This document shows, piece after piece, positions 27,974-42,653 of a stretch of 64,000 bases of DNA. Below the pieces are notes generated by a model. That model worked only from the letters and a program-made list of their open reading frames with translations, did no database searches and was not told where the DNA came from. Each line of letters starts with the position of its first letter. The first letter of the stretch is position 1. The translations under genes and the position numbers were made by a program. The DNA comes from Octopus vulgaris (taxonomy: Eukaryota): contig OX597818.1 in NCBI GenBank assembly GCA_951406725.2, forward strand, positions 14,260,001 through 14,324,000, given 5' to 3'.

Positions 27974-29299
27974 GCATCCGCGGAGAGTGGTTTATTTCAA
28001 ATTGATGAAATATTTCTATTGGTTGATTAAATGGAGCCGCTTGAAACGGCCGTGATGCACTGGTACTGGAATCCTTGTTGCTTATTTGCTTTTAATATAT
28101 ATATACATATCTATATGTAGATTGATAGATAGATAGATAGATAGATATATAGATAGATATATTGATAGGTGAATTTTAAATTATTTCTATATATAAAAGC
28201 AACAGAAGCATTAGTAATATCAAAGGCTTAGCATTGGTGTATTGTTATTGCGAGATTTATCTAAAGAGGACCGTTCATATGGACTCATGGTGCGTAACAA
28301 TACTCTTGTCTCTTTAGCAATCTTTGTCAAACGAATGAGATATGAATTATCTACTGTTTGTGGTTTGGAGTCTGCACATGTAATGCAGGGAGTGTTTCAA
28401 AATTAGCAAGATACAATTGATCTAAGGTAAAGGCAATATTAGTTTACATAAATATTAGTTTTATTCATTTAGTAATCGTTAAGAAAATTACAAGTATAAT
28501 ATCATTAGCTATTTATGTGTTATTGTATTTGCACAAATGATGATAGAGCTATTTCATACAAGTCATGAAATATCAGTATTCAAAATTACGCAAGGAAGTA
28601 CTACAAGCATGTTGAAGAACATAACTAAAATAAAATTGGAATCTGAAATCAAATTTCCAAGCTTATACAATCATGTTTGTCGATTTAGTTAAATTATATT
28701 TTAATTTTTTTTTCATTTTAGTCTAAATGTACAGACACTAGCATGCAGACAACGATCAATAAAATTGAAAAAATATAAAAAATGCGAAAACAAGCTTGTA
28801 TACTGCTATATCTTTCAGATAGATATAGATACACATGTATACATACATGCGTATTTTAACATTGACACTAAGTTATAACGATACTAATGTAATTTTCAAT
28901 AGAAAGCCTCTGCGCCTAAAAAAATAATTGTAAATTTTTCAAGTAATATATTTTAAGCCATACATTGTATGACATGAATTCTACTTATATTCAACAAAGT
29001 CTGATTTGCTTGTTACACTGAACAAAACATGTTATTATGTGAACAGTTGTGTATCGATTTAGAGGCAATGTTGCTTTTAACTCATCAGTAAGTTTTAATC
29101 TTCAAAACAATATAAGAAATCCTAGAATTAGCTTCAGGCTGGTTTCTTTCATGTAATCTAAATCCTTAACTAAAGGAAGAGATTCCATAATGCATTCTAA
29201 TATGAAGTTTCCTGTAATACTGACTTGCACATTTATAAAAAGTTGCTACAAACACATAATCATGCACATAAAAATTTCTTCATAAACAGAAACATGCAT

Positions 29300-29382
29300 G
29301 CTTACATGTATATATGCACACATGATTGCACGCATATTAATATATATATACACATACAACCACACACGTATTTATATATATG

Positions 29383-29434
<52 letters not shown>

Positions 29435-29540
29435 CATATACATATAAAAATATGAGCATTAAAATTAACAACATAACGACGTGCACACACACACACAAAT
29501 ATATATATATATATATATATATGTATAACATATACATATA
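29300..29540. repeat. (TA)n/(CA)n microsatellite field
   Basis: Directly visible. Confidence 0.9.
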
Positions 29541-29883
29541 TGGATTTTGTGATGCAAACAGGTAAATAAGAACTCAAAACATGGGTATAAGTATATTTTT
29601 TTAATTAGAATTGAGCGGAAGCAACATAGTGATTCGAGGTTCAACAGTTTCGTGCGTTCACACCCATCAAGAGTTAATTCCTTCATACAACCACACGTAC
29701 ATTCTAACATATATATAGAAAATGCAGAACTATTCTGTGTTCAGATATACATGCATATGTGTTTGAGTAGCTCTAGTGTACTGAGGTTTACGATCGACTA
29801 TAAAATCCTATGTACACCAAATCTTGGTATACAAGGTCAAAGAAAATCAGTATTCCAATACATTATAACAACAATGATGATTT

Positions 29884-30156
29884 TGCAGCGTGGAAGATGA
29901 TTATAAGCCATTTAAAAACACACAAAACCGTAAGATTCACTTCAACATTTAAATTGAATTTGTCCAAATACTTTCATCGCTTTGAAACCGCGACCTGTTC
30001 ACTGACAAAATTCTGTATGCAGTACGAATTTTGTCAGTGAACAGGTCGCGGTCTCAAAGCGTCGAAAATATTTTGGCAAATGAAATTTAACTGTTGAAGT
30101 AAATCTAACGGTTTTTGTGTGTTTTTAAACGGCTTATAAACGCCTTCTACACTGCA
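29884..30156. repeat. Foldback inverted repeat, ~130-bp arms
   Basis: tgcagcgtggaag...accgcgacctgttcactgacaaaattc, ~12-nt spacer, then gaattttgtcagtgaacaggtcgcggt...cttctacactgca. Confidence 0.92.
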
Positions 30157-30457
30157 ATTGTTTTTGTTTCAGCACACAATATCAAATCAGGTCCCTTGCT
30201 ATGCAAGTACATCTCCGTGATTTTTTTTTATTTAATTAGGACCCAGCTACAAATTCTGTTGACTAGAACTGTATTGACTTCGGAAACAGGTTGTGCACAG
30301 ATGAACTTGACTGAATTTGAACTCAGCGTATAAGCATCAATGAATTAAACTACCTGTCAGATTATAATTTTCAATTAAATAACTAATACTCATTCAAGCT
30401 TTTGGCAGTGTGCCTATATTAGTATGCTTAATATGTATTGATATATATTGTATAATA

Positions 30458-30962
30458 CAATAATCACTCGCCATATCGCGATTCACCTTTCGCGCCCTCA
30501 GTACATCGTGGATTTTTCTGGCTAATATATGTAAATTCATATCGTGGACTATCGCGGACTCCTTAGTGTATCGCGGGTTTCTGAGGTCGATAGGTTTTTA
30601 CTTTTTTTTAGATTTTAATTATTCCTGTTTTAAAATACACATTTTCACGCCTAAAAATTAATAGATTAATAAATTGATATACAGTATTTTACTACACTAT
30701 ATAACACTTTAATCAAAGCATGTAAAAAGAAAATGCGTAATGTACCATAGATGAATAAACAAAGAATTGTGCATACTGTAGGAAAACGAAACTCGGATGG
30801 TGTGTGTGCGTGGTGTGGTTTTGTATTTATAACAAAGTGGATATATGCAAATTATAAAAATAATTAAAAAAAATAGAGAATACAGTGCTGTTTATACTTC
30901 GCGGATTTTCACCTATCGCAGGGGTTTTGGAACGTAAACCCGCGATAGTCGAGGGATTAATA
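30458..30962. mobile_element. Tigger/pogo-type (Tc1/mariner superfamily) MITE
   Basis: TIRs caataatcactcgccatatcgcg versus reverse complement tattaatccctcgactatcgcg, with TA flanks. Subterminal atcgcgg/tcgcggatt repeats and an AT-rich non-coding core. Confidence 0.75.
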
Positions 30963-31513
30963 TACAATAATATGTAAGAAATACATACTGTATAATATAT
31001 ATTGAAATACTACATATTATATAATAATATGTAGTAAATATATATTCTATATTATGCATGATGTGGACTTGCAGAATTAGCATTTGACAAAATATATTAT
31101 AGGTTTCATCTTCTGAGTCCAGATCGAATCCTCGTCGAGAATGCTTTTCGATAAGTGCAGTTTTAGTATAAACCAGTTTTATCTAATAGTATATATTCAT
31201 CCACTTCACCTGAGGTTTTGTGTCTAATCAAGTAATCAATAATGTATCCATATGCTAAAGTTATCAAATTCTCGTTATTTGACAGGTTTTAAATTTATCC
31301 CTTCTGGTTACCACGTAGCTGTCTTACCCAGTAAATTGGATATATTTTCCAGTTTGTCACTGACCAACCAGCCATGAAATGATTTGTGCAACTTCTTTTT
31401 TCGCACTCTTACCGAGAAGAACTTGAACTGACAAGTCAATATATAACGCCAAACTAGATGAAAATGACGTAAATCCAAGATTTGTATATTCACGCAGATT
31501 AACTCTACACCAC

Positions 31514-31958
31514 AAAAAAAATTAAGCAGCATTTGAGTGTAGATATGGTTTTGTGTTTAATATGTTCCTTTCAAATTCCCCTATTTTGTTCGAGCCAATG
31601 GCCTGAAACTTTGGATTAGGTCTACCGCCGCCTACGCTTTTAGAGTAAAAATTAGCAGCCGAAAGTTTGCAATAGAACTTGGGAGAAAATGTTGCAGCTC
31701 CTGTTTGTTGATGTTAGGAAGAGACCGGTCTTATACTCCCTTCTGATATATCAATACCATTTGTGTAGTTCGTCCTTTCTTACACTTATGAGCCACGTTC
31801 CCTTCAAGACAGCAGGTACCCCTTACGAGTCCAGGAGACTCTGAGAAATTTAAGGCTGCCACGTGCTCCCCCACTGGCAAAAAAATACACACACAGCTAT
31901 ATAAGTATGTATGCTTGTATATATGTCTGTGTATGCGTGTGTGTACACACACACACAC

Positions 31959-32005
<47 letters not shown>

Positions 32006-32560
32006 ATGCGTACACATACATATATACATGTATATATCTGCTTATCTCCTTACCTTTCCTTTTTTCCTCTACATACGCACACACACACATACATGTATAT
32101 ATAAATGTGTGTGTGTGTGTCTATGTATATATACAAGCATATATACATACGTACTTGTATAGCTCTGTGTGTGTATTTATGTTTAGCCACTGGGGGAACG
32201 TGCGACAGCCTTAAATTTCTCAGAGCCTCCTGGACTCGTAGGGAGTACCAACCGTCTTGAGGGGACCATGACCCATAAGAAAGCACGGACTACACAAATG
32301 GTATTTAGATGCCAGAGGGGAGTGTATGGTTGGTCTCTTCCTGACATCAACAAACAGGAGTTGCAGCATTTTCTCCCAAGATCTATTGCAAACTTTAATT
32401 TCGACTGCTGAATTTTACTCTGAAAGCTTTGGCCAGTCGTAGGTGGCGGTAGACCACATCTAAATTTTAAGGCCGTTGGCTTGAACAAAATAGGGGAATT
32501 ACGAAAGGAACATGTTAAACACAAAACCATATCTACTCTCAAATGCTGCTTAATTTTTTT
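31514..32560. repeat. Large foldback, ~400-bp diverged arms around a microsatellite spacer
   Basis: 31514-31925 is the reverse complement homologue of 32125-32560, e.g. ctctgagaaatttaaggctg / cagccttaaatttctcagag and attaagcagcatttgag / ctcaaatgctgcttaat. Confidence 0.92.
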
Positions 32561-32636
32561 CAGTTATGTCACTTAACACTTTGTTTTGAAATTCTTTTGA
32601 ATTCAAATCTCCTTTAATCTTTCGGCACGTGGTATA

Positions 32637-33700
32637 TATAGGGTGCTGAGAATATATGACTATATTGTCGTCTCAATTACGCAAAAATCAAAATAGCCCT
32701 GACATCTCATTTTAACAGATGTATTTACAAAAATTACATAAAAATATCTTGAAATACTGAAGAGTAAATCTAATCAGCAAAATCGCCATTGGCTTCAACC
32801 AAGGCCTCCAGACGACTTCGGAATCTCCTGCAACTCTTCTGGACGGTCTCCTTACTTAAATCGTTGAAAACTGCCATAATCCTAGCCTTCAGTTCATCTT
32901 TGGTGTTACGAGGGCTTTTCTTGGTCTCTCGCTCAGCTGCGTTCCACACATACTAATCAAGGTGGTTGCAATCTGGAGAGTCAAGTGGCTAGGTGTTAGG
33001 GGTGAAGTAGTCGCAGAAATTTCCTGACAGCCATGACCAGGTCTTCCTGCTTGAATGGCATGGTAAAGAGTCCTTTTGGCAAAGACAAGTTCCTCCAGTC
33101 GTCACCCTCTTGACCCAGGGCAGCACTACCTCTTCCAGGCACTTGATGTAGGTCTCCGTGTTGATTGCGAGGTCGTTTGGGAAGTTTAATGGAGGCATAA
33201 CGTCGCCTTCACTAATGATCACTCCAAACACCATTATGTTGACTGGATGTTTGATTTTTATCATTCTCGGTACATGTTTTGTGGACACGGCAAGCCAACG
33301 GTTGTTCTGTGTGTTCACGACATGTTCGTATTGGAGTTCTCGGCACGAATGTAAAGCAGTACAGTATGTCGTTTCCAAATATTTGCCAGGGTGAGATGCG
33401 TTATTGTGCGGTTTTTCTCACAAACGGTACCCAACTGAACCTACTATACTGTGCAGTCGACAAAATCAGAAACACACAATGCGCATGTGCAACATTAGAA
33501 CTATAAAATGCTGACAGTTTACCTATCACACAAAAAATGACAAAAATCTGAAAGATTCGACTACACTTGTTAGTCTTGCAGAAATGCCAACTATTTCAAG
33601 TTTCTTTATCAGAACGAACAAGATGGAAGAAATAGGATGCTGGTTAATCCTAACAAATCCATATTGAATACAACACAAACATAAATACCGAAACTGGAAA
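32637..33700 (-). mobile_element. DD37D (maT-type) Tc1/mariner transposon remnant
   Basis: QNNRWLA..KHPVNIMVFGVIISEG..QKDSLPCH..W..SPDCNHLD, with 37 residues counted between the 2nd and 3rd Asp. C-terminus CRRFRSRLEALVEANG. TAgggtg terminus near 32639. The 5' boundary is uncertain. Confidence 0.85.
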
Positions 33701-33709
33701 AATTTAAAT

Positions 33710-33769
<60 letters not shown>

Positions 33770-33812
33770 TCACACACACACACATACACACACATACAAA
33801 CACACACACATA
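33710..33812. repeat. (CA)n microsatellite
   Basis: Directly visible. Confidence 0.95.
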
Positions 33813-33824
33813 TATATTCTTTTA

Positions 33825-34047
33825 TTTATTTTATTATTTTATTATTTTATTAGTTTCAGTAATTTGACTGCGGCCAATTTGACGCATCGACCCCAGGACA
33901 TATTGTTTGTAAGCCTAGTACTTATTCTATCGGTATCTTTTGCTGAACCGCTAAGTTACGGGGAGGTAACCACACAAGCATCGGTTGTCAATAGATGGTG
34001 GTGTGACTAACGCAGACATACAAACACTCACACATACATACACACAC

Positions 34048-34132
<85 letters not shown>

Positions 34133-34275
34133 CGACGGGCTTCTTTCAGTTTCCGTTTACCAAATCCACTAACAAGGTTTTGGTCGACTTGAGGCTACAG
34201 TAGAATACACTTGCACTGGGACTGAACCCGGGACCATGTGGTTGGTAAACAAGCTACTTACCATGCAACCACTCC
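33825..34275 (-). mobile_element. 14794-family SINE with expanded internal (TA)n
   Basis: gaaccgctaagttacgggg, cgacgggcttctttcagtttccg and gggactgaacccgggaccatgtggttgg match the reverse complement of 14794-15212. Confidence 0.85.
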
Positions 34276-34424
34276 ATAATATATATGTGTGTGTCTATGT
34301 ATGTGTATATGTGTCGAATCCTTGGCTACAGCCTCCGTTGTGAACTTGGATCCTAGCGCTTACCAATTACAGCACCCGCACAGCGTACCTACTAGTTTAA
34401 ATCATCAGTGGCCTCAACACTTCC

Positions 34425-34474
<50 letters not shown>

Positions 34475-35980
34475 ATATATGCGCAGGGTGCGTACACTCT
34501 CATGATGGTGCTTTTGTTTGCTTTTTGTTTTTGATTTATTGGTAAGACTTTCTCCCCTCGTTACCCCCAAAGTCTTTTTAATACTTTGTAATATTTATCT
34601 GTTCCTAGCTTTAGATGACTGGCCCATCCTTATAATTGACGTCAACAGATTTTGTCTCTGAATTTTTTCTCATATTCAAATACACCCGTAAGTTTTGATG
34701 GCGCTGTTGCCTCGCTTACTTATTTTCGTTGTATTTGTGGAAAACAATTTCTCTTCATTAAGTTTGATAAAGGATGCACACATCGTCACGATTCATTCCC
34801 ATTCATACAGATAAAAGTAAGCATCGTCAGCATTAGTTGCAGCAGCAGCATGACAATAGATTAAATAATGTATTTCTTCTAAATACTTCTTTGTTATTTG
34901 CAAGTTCAGCAAGATTTAAATAACTTTGTTTTGCCTTCGCTTTTTATGTACTATTGAATATAGGCAGATGTTTTATAATGACCTTCAGATCATGAATTTA
35001 TATTTTCCAAATTTATGTCGTTTTATAGTAATTCTACTGTCATATTATATTTGCACTAGATTAGATATATCATAAATCTAATATAAGGATATTCAATAAA
35101 ATACAATTTGAGGTGTTAGAGAGACATGACGCCACCATATTCGCAACGAAGCTCACGCGCGCAGCTGGTATTATTGAAACATCAAAAAGTTGGACATCAG
35201 CTAAGGGAGTTATATTGCTTCTGTTAATGGATACAGATGTATTCGACAGCTCAACATTTAAACATTTATGTTTCCTTTAATTCAAGTTATATGTTTGCTT
35301 TAATATATAACACTAGTTTTAAGTATAACATTTTATGGTCATATAACATGTCCTATATGAATACGAATATGCTATGTCTTCATATTCTAACAGTGTAGCG
35401 ACTCAACGATGTGACAGTAGCAAACAGTACATAGAGTTTATTCGCAAATACTATCCAAATATTAGTGGATTAAGGGTAAATTATTACACATACTTGGCTG
35501 TATTAAGTAAAGATCTTCTAGTCGTTGATATTAAGGCAAACGTTTACAAGGTGATATCAATGGTAAAATTTATCTTTAGGTGCTTCGATTGAAGACAAAC
35601 ACAAATAAACTTTTGTTAATGATTTTGAAATGCATCGTTGTCAACATGTGTATGCTGGTGTAATACAAAAAAGATCACATACCGCAAAATGACCCGACCA
35701 ATCCAGTGGATGTTATAACATTCGTCTATCACTTACTCTTCGAAACAAAAAAGTCTGCCGTGAGACAGAGTAGTCATCTGGGAGATCATGGGATAGCAAG
35801 TACAACAAATTGCATAGATAACGAGAAATCACAGAGTGGGTAATTATCTGTGAAGACGTAGCAATCGACATACATATACACACACATGAGCGCACGCACA
35901 CACACACACACACGTGCGTATGTATGTATGCATGCATGCATGTATGTATGTATGTATGTATGTAAGTATGTATTTATGTA

Positions 35981-36900
35981 TACAGGGTGCTGTAGGTATT
36001 TGAGGACAAATTTTTTTTTTTTAGAAAAACACATACAAGAGGAAACAATTTTGTCAATGAAAAAAATGTGAATGTATAAACTAGATTCTATTCCTTATAA
36101 TCTCATTCAACGTAGCTACCTTCAGCATCATTGACTGCTTCTATGCAAAATTTGAGTCATCTCCATACCTGACATAAATGGATTTGGTACATATCTCACG
36201 TAACTTTGACGATGCTGTTTCCACATATAGTTGTTCAATGGATTGAGACCTGGCGAGTTTGGAGGCCACATGTTAAGAGTTATGTGGTCATGTAAATTAT
36301 GAGGCATCCATTCTTGGGTTGCTTGAGGCTTATGTGATGGCGCGGAGTACTGCTGAAACACGTAAGGCCTTTTATTGCGTACTGTGTCTATCCAGGGCTT
36401 GGCAATTGTTTCCAGGACCAGAATGAGGCCAGTAGTTAACTCTGAGGATTTGTGGGATAAATGAGGGGGCATCACATGTCCTTCATAACTGACTACTGAA
36501 AAGCTATGACAGTTTCAGGAAACTTTGTGTGCGTGACTGTCAGAACTTCTGAAGGATCTGAACATAAACATCTAAAAATTTTTCTCATATAGGAAAAACC
36601 AATCATGTCATATTCTAGATTTTAACTTATAAATCTGATCAAAGGATTTTCCTTAGTTTTTCTTACATGAATACACCTCTCCTCAACTGGTTAGACTTGT
36701 ACCGGATGTCTTCTTAGAAAAAATTTCTGATTGTTCCTTCTGACACAAGGATATCTTTTGCAAATAGGTATGCTCAGCCTTTATGGCCACAACTACAGCA
36801 TGCTTCTTCATTTCTTGAGTAAGCCGAATGCCTGTCATTATTATTTTCTGAAACTGAAATGGCATAAATCCAATATTAAAGCAGCAATAACACCAAAATG
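35981..36900 (-). mobile_element. Second maT/DD37D-like transposon remnant, internally deleted
   Basis: TAcagggtg terminus at 35981. Peptides PWIDTVRNKRPYVFQQYSAPSHK..TQEW..WPPNSPGLNPLNNYMW and N-terminal LTQEMKKHAVVVAIKAEH. Confidence 0.8.
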
Positions 36901-37490
36901 TCATGTGTGTGTGCATGCATTTGAATATGTATGTTGATTGAAGTAATTTGAATTAGAAATTTAAGACTAAACTTAAGATAGGTTTTCCTGCAGCATTTCG
37001 TTGAATTTGAATTGATAGAACACTCAAACGAAAAGCAGTGACTATAATAAAATCAATAACATAAAGAAACTGAGTCGACTCGGTTTGAGTAAACTGTTTT
37101 GGTAAAAACATAAATATGTTACTTTAAACTTTGAAAAGCTGATGACAGTATAAACTGTTCAGCAAAAGGTAATTTTCCTTCTCCTTTAAAACTTGTTTTG
37201 TTAAAACATACACTAAAATCTAAGCAGTAATTCTTTATCTGTGCGTGTGCTTGTGTGTCTGTGAGTGTGTGTGTGCTTGTGTGTGAGTGTGTGTGTGTTC
37301 ATAAATGGAGTTCTACTTTTAATTTAAATTGGTATGCGTTAGCTGTCGCATTATCTGTCGCATAAATCTTCTCAATCTTTCTTTATCTAAATTGTCTCCC
37401 CTATAAAGTTTCTATGAATCCACTAACCTGAATATAAATAACGATACTTACTTTAAACACACACGCACACACACACACACACACACACAC

Positions 37491-37542
<52 letters not shown>

Positions 37543-37737
37543 CAAATAATAACCCCATTTAGAATTATATGGATAATACCATACTAAATTCTGGTACATT
37601 TAACTTAAGTACCATATTCATCTGAATCTAACTTTTACTGAACTTATATATACATATATATATATAGTTGTGCGTTTATCTATATGTGTATGTATGTTTG
37701 TATGTGCTTATATAGAAACTATCTTCATGAGAATTTA

Positions 37738-37809
<72 letters not shown>

Positions 37810-37818
<9 letters not shown>

Positions 37819-38010
37819 GTCTCCCACCATCGTCTGTCAACCGATGTTGGTGTCTTTACGTTCCCGTAACTTAGCGGTTCAGCAAAAGAGACCGATAAAA
37901 TAAGTACTAAGTTTTCAAAGTGGAAGTCCTGGGGACGAATTGTTCGACTAAAGGCGGTGCTCCAGTATGGCCGCAGTCGAATGGCTTACACAAATAAAAG
38001 AATAAAAGAA
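37810..38010 (+). mobile_element. 3' half of the 14794-family SINE
   Basis: cgtaacttagcggttc...cgactaaaggcggtgctccagtatggcc...taaaagaataaaagaa is near identical to 15020-15212. Confidence 0.88.
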
Positions 38011-38224
38011 AATTGTGTAATTAAAACAAAGTTTTAAATATATGTTGGGAATAAATTTATTCTGTGTATTTATGTATTTATATGTATAAGTAATCTAAAA
38101 GATATAAATATACCTTTTCGCAGAAATGTTAACGTAGTTGAACTGGAATTTTATTGGTTCTCGTATTCCTTAGGTGATTTTGACTTGCATAATTTATATC
38201 GATAACGATAAACGACGGCCTTTT

Positions 38225-38517
38225 GAAGCCTAATCAGGCTCGTGGGCCCGGTTTCCCGGTTTCTGTGGCGTATATGTTCTCTCCAGCTGGACGGGACGCC
38301 AGTCCATCGCATCGTTACTCAAGAAACAGGAACAGAGAGTGAGAGAATGTTGTGACGAAAGAGTACAACAGGTGTCGCCCCCCCTACCGGAGCGTCGTGG
38401 AGCTTTTATGTGTTTTTCGCTCAATAAACACACACAACGCCTGGTCTGGGAATTGAAACCACGATCATCTCCGACCGCGAGTCCTCTGCCCTAACCACTG
38501 GGCCATTGCACCTCCAC
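38225..38517 (-). mobile_element. tRNA-derived SINE with V-domain-like core
   Basis: Minus-strand head gtggaggtgcaatggcccagtggttagggc...gtttcaattccc (A/B boxes). Core gcgatggactggcgtcccgtccag resembles the V-SINE central domain as I recall it. Confidence 0.78.
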
Positions 38518-38560
38518 ACATAATTTATATATGTATATATTTATAAAGTATCATTATTTA

Positions 38561-38651
<91 letters not shown>

Positions 38652-41600
38652 GTAAGTATCATTATTTTATATTAGGTAAAGTAAGCTTGGGAAGATTCAC
38701 GCGACGGATAAGCCTACCAGTCTAAATTAAATATATACAAGTGAGAAGGCTGGAAGGGAACAAGGGAAAACACGTTGTTTCGGGCCTTTCATTTAGTGTA
38801 AAACCTTGACGTATAGTCTATGCACTTTTGAACTTTTCGACTAAAAGGGTCCTTTTTCTGGTTTTTTTCTTTTTGTTTTTACTTGATCTGAATCCGGTCT
38901 TGCTGATTTCGCCCATTAAAGTTTAATATAATTTTTCCACATTTTTTTCTTAAAAGGGCTCTTTCCTCTAGTAGTAGCACACGAACCTACAATTTGGGAC
39001 AACGAGATGCATGTCTCATATAAAGTATTAATATATTTACAGCTTCAAATATCTCAAAAGAATCGAACATACAAGAAAGATGCATACTTATCAGAATAAA
39101 GAAGTAAATACCAAGAAATAAAACAAAGAAAAGAATTCATGGCAATACGTAGCTCTAAGGATACGAGTATTAAAACAGGCAGCCACATAAAAAGCAGCAC
39201 ATTAAAACTAATAGAACAACACTGTTCACAATAAACAGAGCAAAGCCAATGATACAATAAATAAAAGAGTAGTACTTGCCATAACATCACCACTCAATAT
39301 GGATGAACGGAACCTATTCCTGGAGTTACGAGTAAACACGGTTCTCCGGAAAATAATCGCCATTGTTCTACAATAGACTATTTTCACTGAAACAAAAAAG
39401 TATATCAGTAAACTAAATAATCTAATTTACTCAGTTTTATGGACGTGTTGTTGGGAGCTAGATCCATATCTTTATATTGTAAATTGAACCTTACATATAT
39501 TCACACAAAAATGCACTCGAAAGAGCATATACAAAAGAATTTTTTTAATAATAGGGAATATTTTTCTGCTTGTTAATGGAATTTGAAAAGACAACGTGTA
39601 TTAAGAAAAAGAAACGCTGAACATGAAAATATCAGAAAGGTGAAGATGTATCAAAAAGTCAAAACAAGAAATCAACTTATCCCCACAAAGATATGGGAGA
39701 TAAGATACTTTGTAAAATATGGAAAAAATATACTGAAAATTTCTAGTGAAACATCTATATGAGCAACACAACATCACAATGAAAGATACCCAATCAATGA
39801 TTTTGGAAATGTATGTCGACCAGTTAAAGATGGAAGTAGAGAATGGATAAGGAAGGAAACAGATAACGTTATGGCACTGCAAAGGCGTCTATCAATTTTA
39901 CCACGCAATAAAAAAAGGCTCAAGAACATATGAAAAGCTCAACGAGTCAATAAATTCATCAATTAAGTTTAAACTACCAAAGTAACAGAGGTAAATATCT
40001 TTTTATAATGTTTAATGAATTACATAAGTGATCAGAAATAACGTAAGGAGGAAACAATTTGTATTTTTTTTTTAATAGCAACAACTACAAACCAGTGATT
40101 TATTTAACAACAATATCAATAGAGGACGGAAAATATTAACATCTTACCAGAGACAAAAAATCGAAGGAATATTAGGGTTGTGAATTACAGCAAGTATTAA
40201 ACCGCACAGTTACTGATCATCATTGATTATCGAAAAGGCTTAAGCAACAGACTACATTTCTGGATGTTGAACGTTATGTATTCAATTACTATTTAGTTAT
40301 TTCATGCTATGGAGAAATTCATCACATCTTCATAATTATCCGCATGAGATAAAGGTGGTAATCATGTGTATATGATTCGATTAATGTACTAAAGAGAGTT
40401 TTTTCTCTACAGTAAGGATCAAGGACCTTCGTAAATGTAAACTTTAATTAGATACAATATATATTATCAAGGGGAACACTTTTTAAGACATAATCCATAA
40501 GATTCAGTCAAATATTTAAAAAAATGCTAAACTCGGTACTAGAAATAAGCTTATTGCTATAACTATGCAAGTCATCGCAATCATAATTGTTTGCTTAGGT
40601 ACAATAAGACGGAAGTAAACTGAATGAGTCTGTGTGTGTATTCATATATCTTGAAGTCTCGCAGTTGTTCAAATATGAATTTATGTACATTCTATGTTGT
40701 TGACGTTTACAAAACAGAGGTAGGTACACTCCTGACGGGTCATTACTCGGTTTCTTCATGTATCCGCCTCGCTTCAGGCTCCAAATAATGGTGCATATCA
40801 GGTCCTTATAAGGCAATCCTGATGTAAGCTAGTAACGTACTGAATAGCTTTTTTGTATATCTGTGCTTTTGGTAGAGCGTCGTCAGCTAAATAATATCTA
40901 CTTATGCCCAACATTGCAGAAATCAGAGGGGTTATAATACATTAATGTTAAAGCATCACTAAGGGTTAAAAGGAAGTATGGAAACATTACTTTCTATAAT
41001 ATCGATGCATGTCATATAACGGAGCATAAGGAAAGAGTTAGGATATCACCGTTTCTCTATAGTTGACATTTGATACGATTTAGGATATCACCGTTTCTTC
41101 ATTTTTGACATTCAGATCCCTGGGTAGAAAGCACACTGCGTTTATTGTTATTTCACCAGAAAATAACATGTTGAAAGTAAATGTAGACTTCATATTTTGA
41201 TAGTGTTTCATAAACTATTGCACAAAATTTAGATGACAACCCAGCTTTCTAAGAACGTTCTGCAAAGTGTCTCCTTGTTAACAGTATTAAAGACCTGTTA
41301 AATCAACAAAGGGACAATTTTCTCGAAGTTGTTTAGCAAATAACGTTTACAATAACTGATCTAAAACTAAAATGTGTTCCCGGCAGCATCGAAGCACAGA
41401 TATCTGTCATTAAAGATTCAACAGCAGTCTAGATTAAACTATACGAACAGATTGAGACCACCATTAGAATTGTCACAAATGCATTTTAAATTCTTTGCTC
41501 TTGTATACTGAGTCACAAGCGCTATCACTCCAAGCCTTTCTAGCTGTTTGTTATCTTATTGAATATAGCCTATGAAACCGTTTCACACTAATTTGCCCCA

Positions 41601-42099
41601 TTTCTAGTGTGATAACGTATAAAACTTGGACTTTGCTTATAATGAACTGCATAATCGCTACAACTATTTCATGCTTGTTAAGTTTACAATCCATATGATG
41701 AAATATATTTTGGCGGGTAAGCCAACAGCAACTACACCAACAAACAGTGTAATATTTTCGAATCACACTATATTCGTTCACAGTACATTTTGGAGGGATA
41801 TTTTCATTAATGCCTGTTCACTTGCTTCATTTGTTCCGTGGAATGTTAGAGAGGCGGAGAAAAGGAGAGACAGAGAGAGAGACACACACACACAGAGAAA
41901 GAGATATAGGGAGAGATCAATGATTCACAAAACTGTTTTTTTCCATATTAACAATCATATACGAATTAAATCTTTTGGCTAAACTCCATTACAATATCGG
42001 CTGAAAATGTTATTAACCTCCAACTGTTTTGTTTTGGCGTTTTTAAAACTTTCAGCAGAGATTTTCGTGTCGCCCACAAAATAATTATGTGTTATGTAA

Positions 42100-42390
42100 T
42101 TGTTGCAGGACCTACAATGTAGCCATTAGATTTTTTTAAGGAAATGATAATAGATCATTGCCAATATAAAGAAAATTAGAGAAAGACCTTGAATAAACTT
42201 TTTGAAATATTCATAACATTGGAAAGAATAATTTAAGATTCAGTTCTGAAAGGAATGTTGATCTGATCGTTGTGGGCCCCTCAGTAGCAGCCAGTAAGGT
42301 AGCAGGTACCTTTGCAAGCTGAAGAGACTTTAGCAAGATAGCAGAAACCTTTCCTGATATTAATCCGTACTCTCACAAGGTTAGGGATGT
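42100..42390 (-). mobile_element. Very decayed RTE-like RT fragment
   Basis: tgtgagagtacgga...atatcaggaaaggtttctgctatc resembles the C.NYRG..I.GKV.A block. Short and frameshifted. Confidence 0.35.
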
Positions 42391-42653
42391 GATTTCCTAC
42401 TTAAGCCAGCGCAGCTTTAGCAAAATTTGTTCAACTTATGTATGCATGCATCTATGTAAGTGTATATATATATATATATATATATATACATTTCGGTAAA
42501 AACGGATTATCTTTTACGATGCCAAATTTTCCAATCCTGTAAATAATAATAATAGTATTTTTATATAATCTTAAAGTAATCACCGTGCAATGACTAAGGG
42601 AAATAGTCTAAAGGGGCATATAAACCCTCGACAGACAAAAAAAAAAGGCTTTC

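Noticed and set aside
41039-41112. 42-bp-spaced duplication of taggatatcaccgtttct..ttgacatt (similar short duplication at 6994-7055)
   Set aside because: Only two copies; ordinary local slippage duplication.
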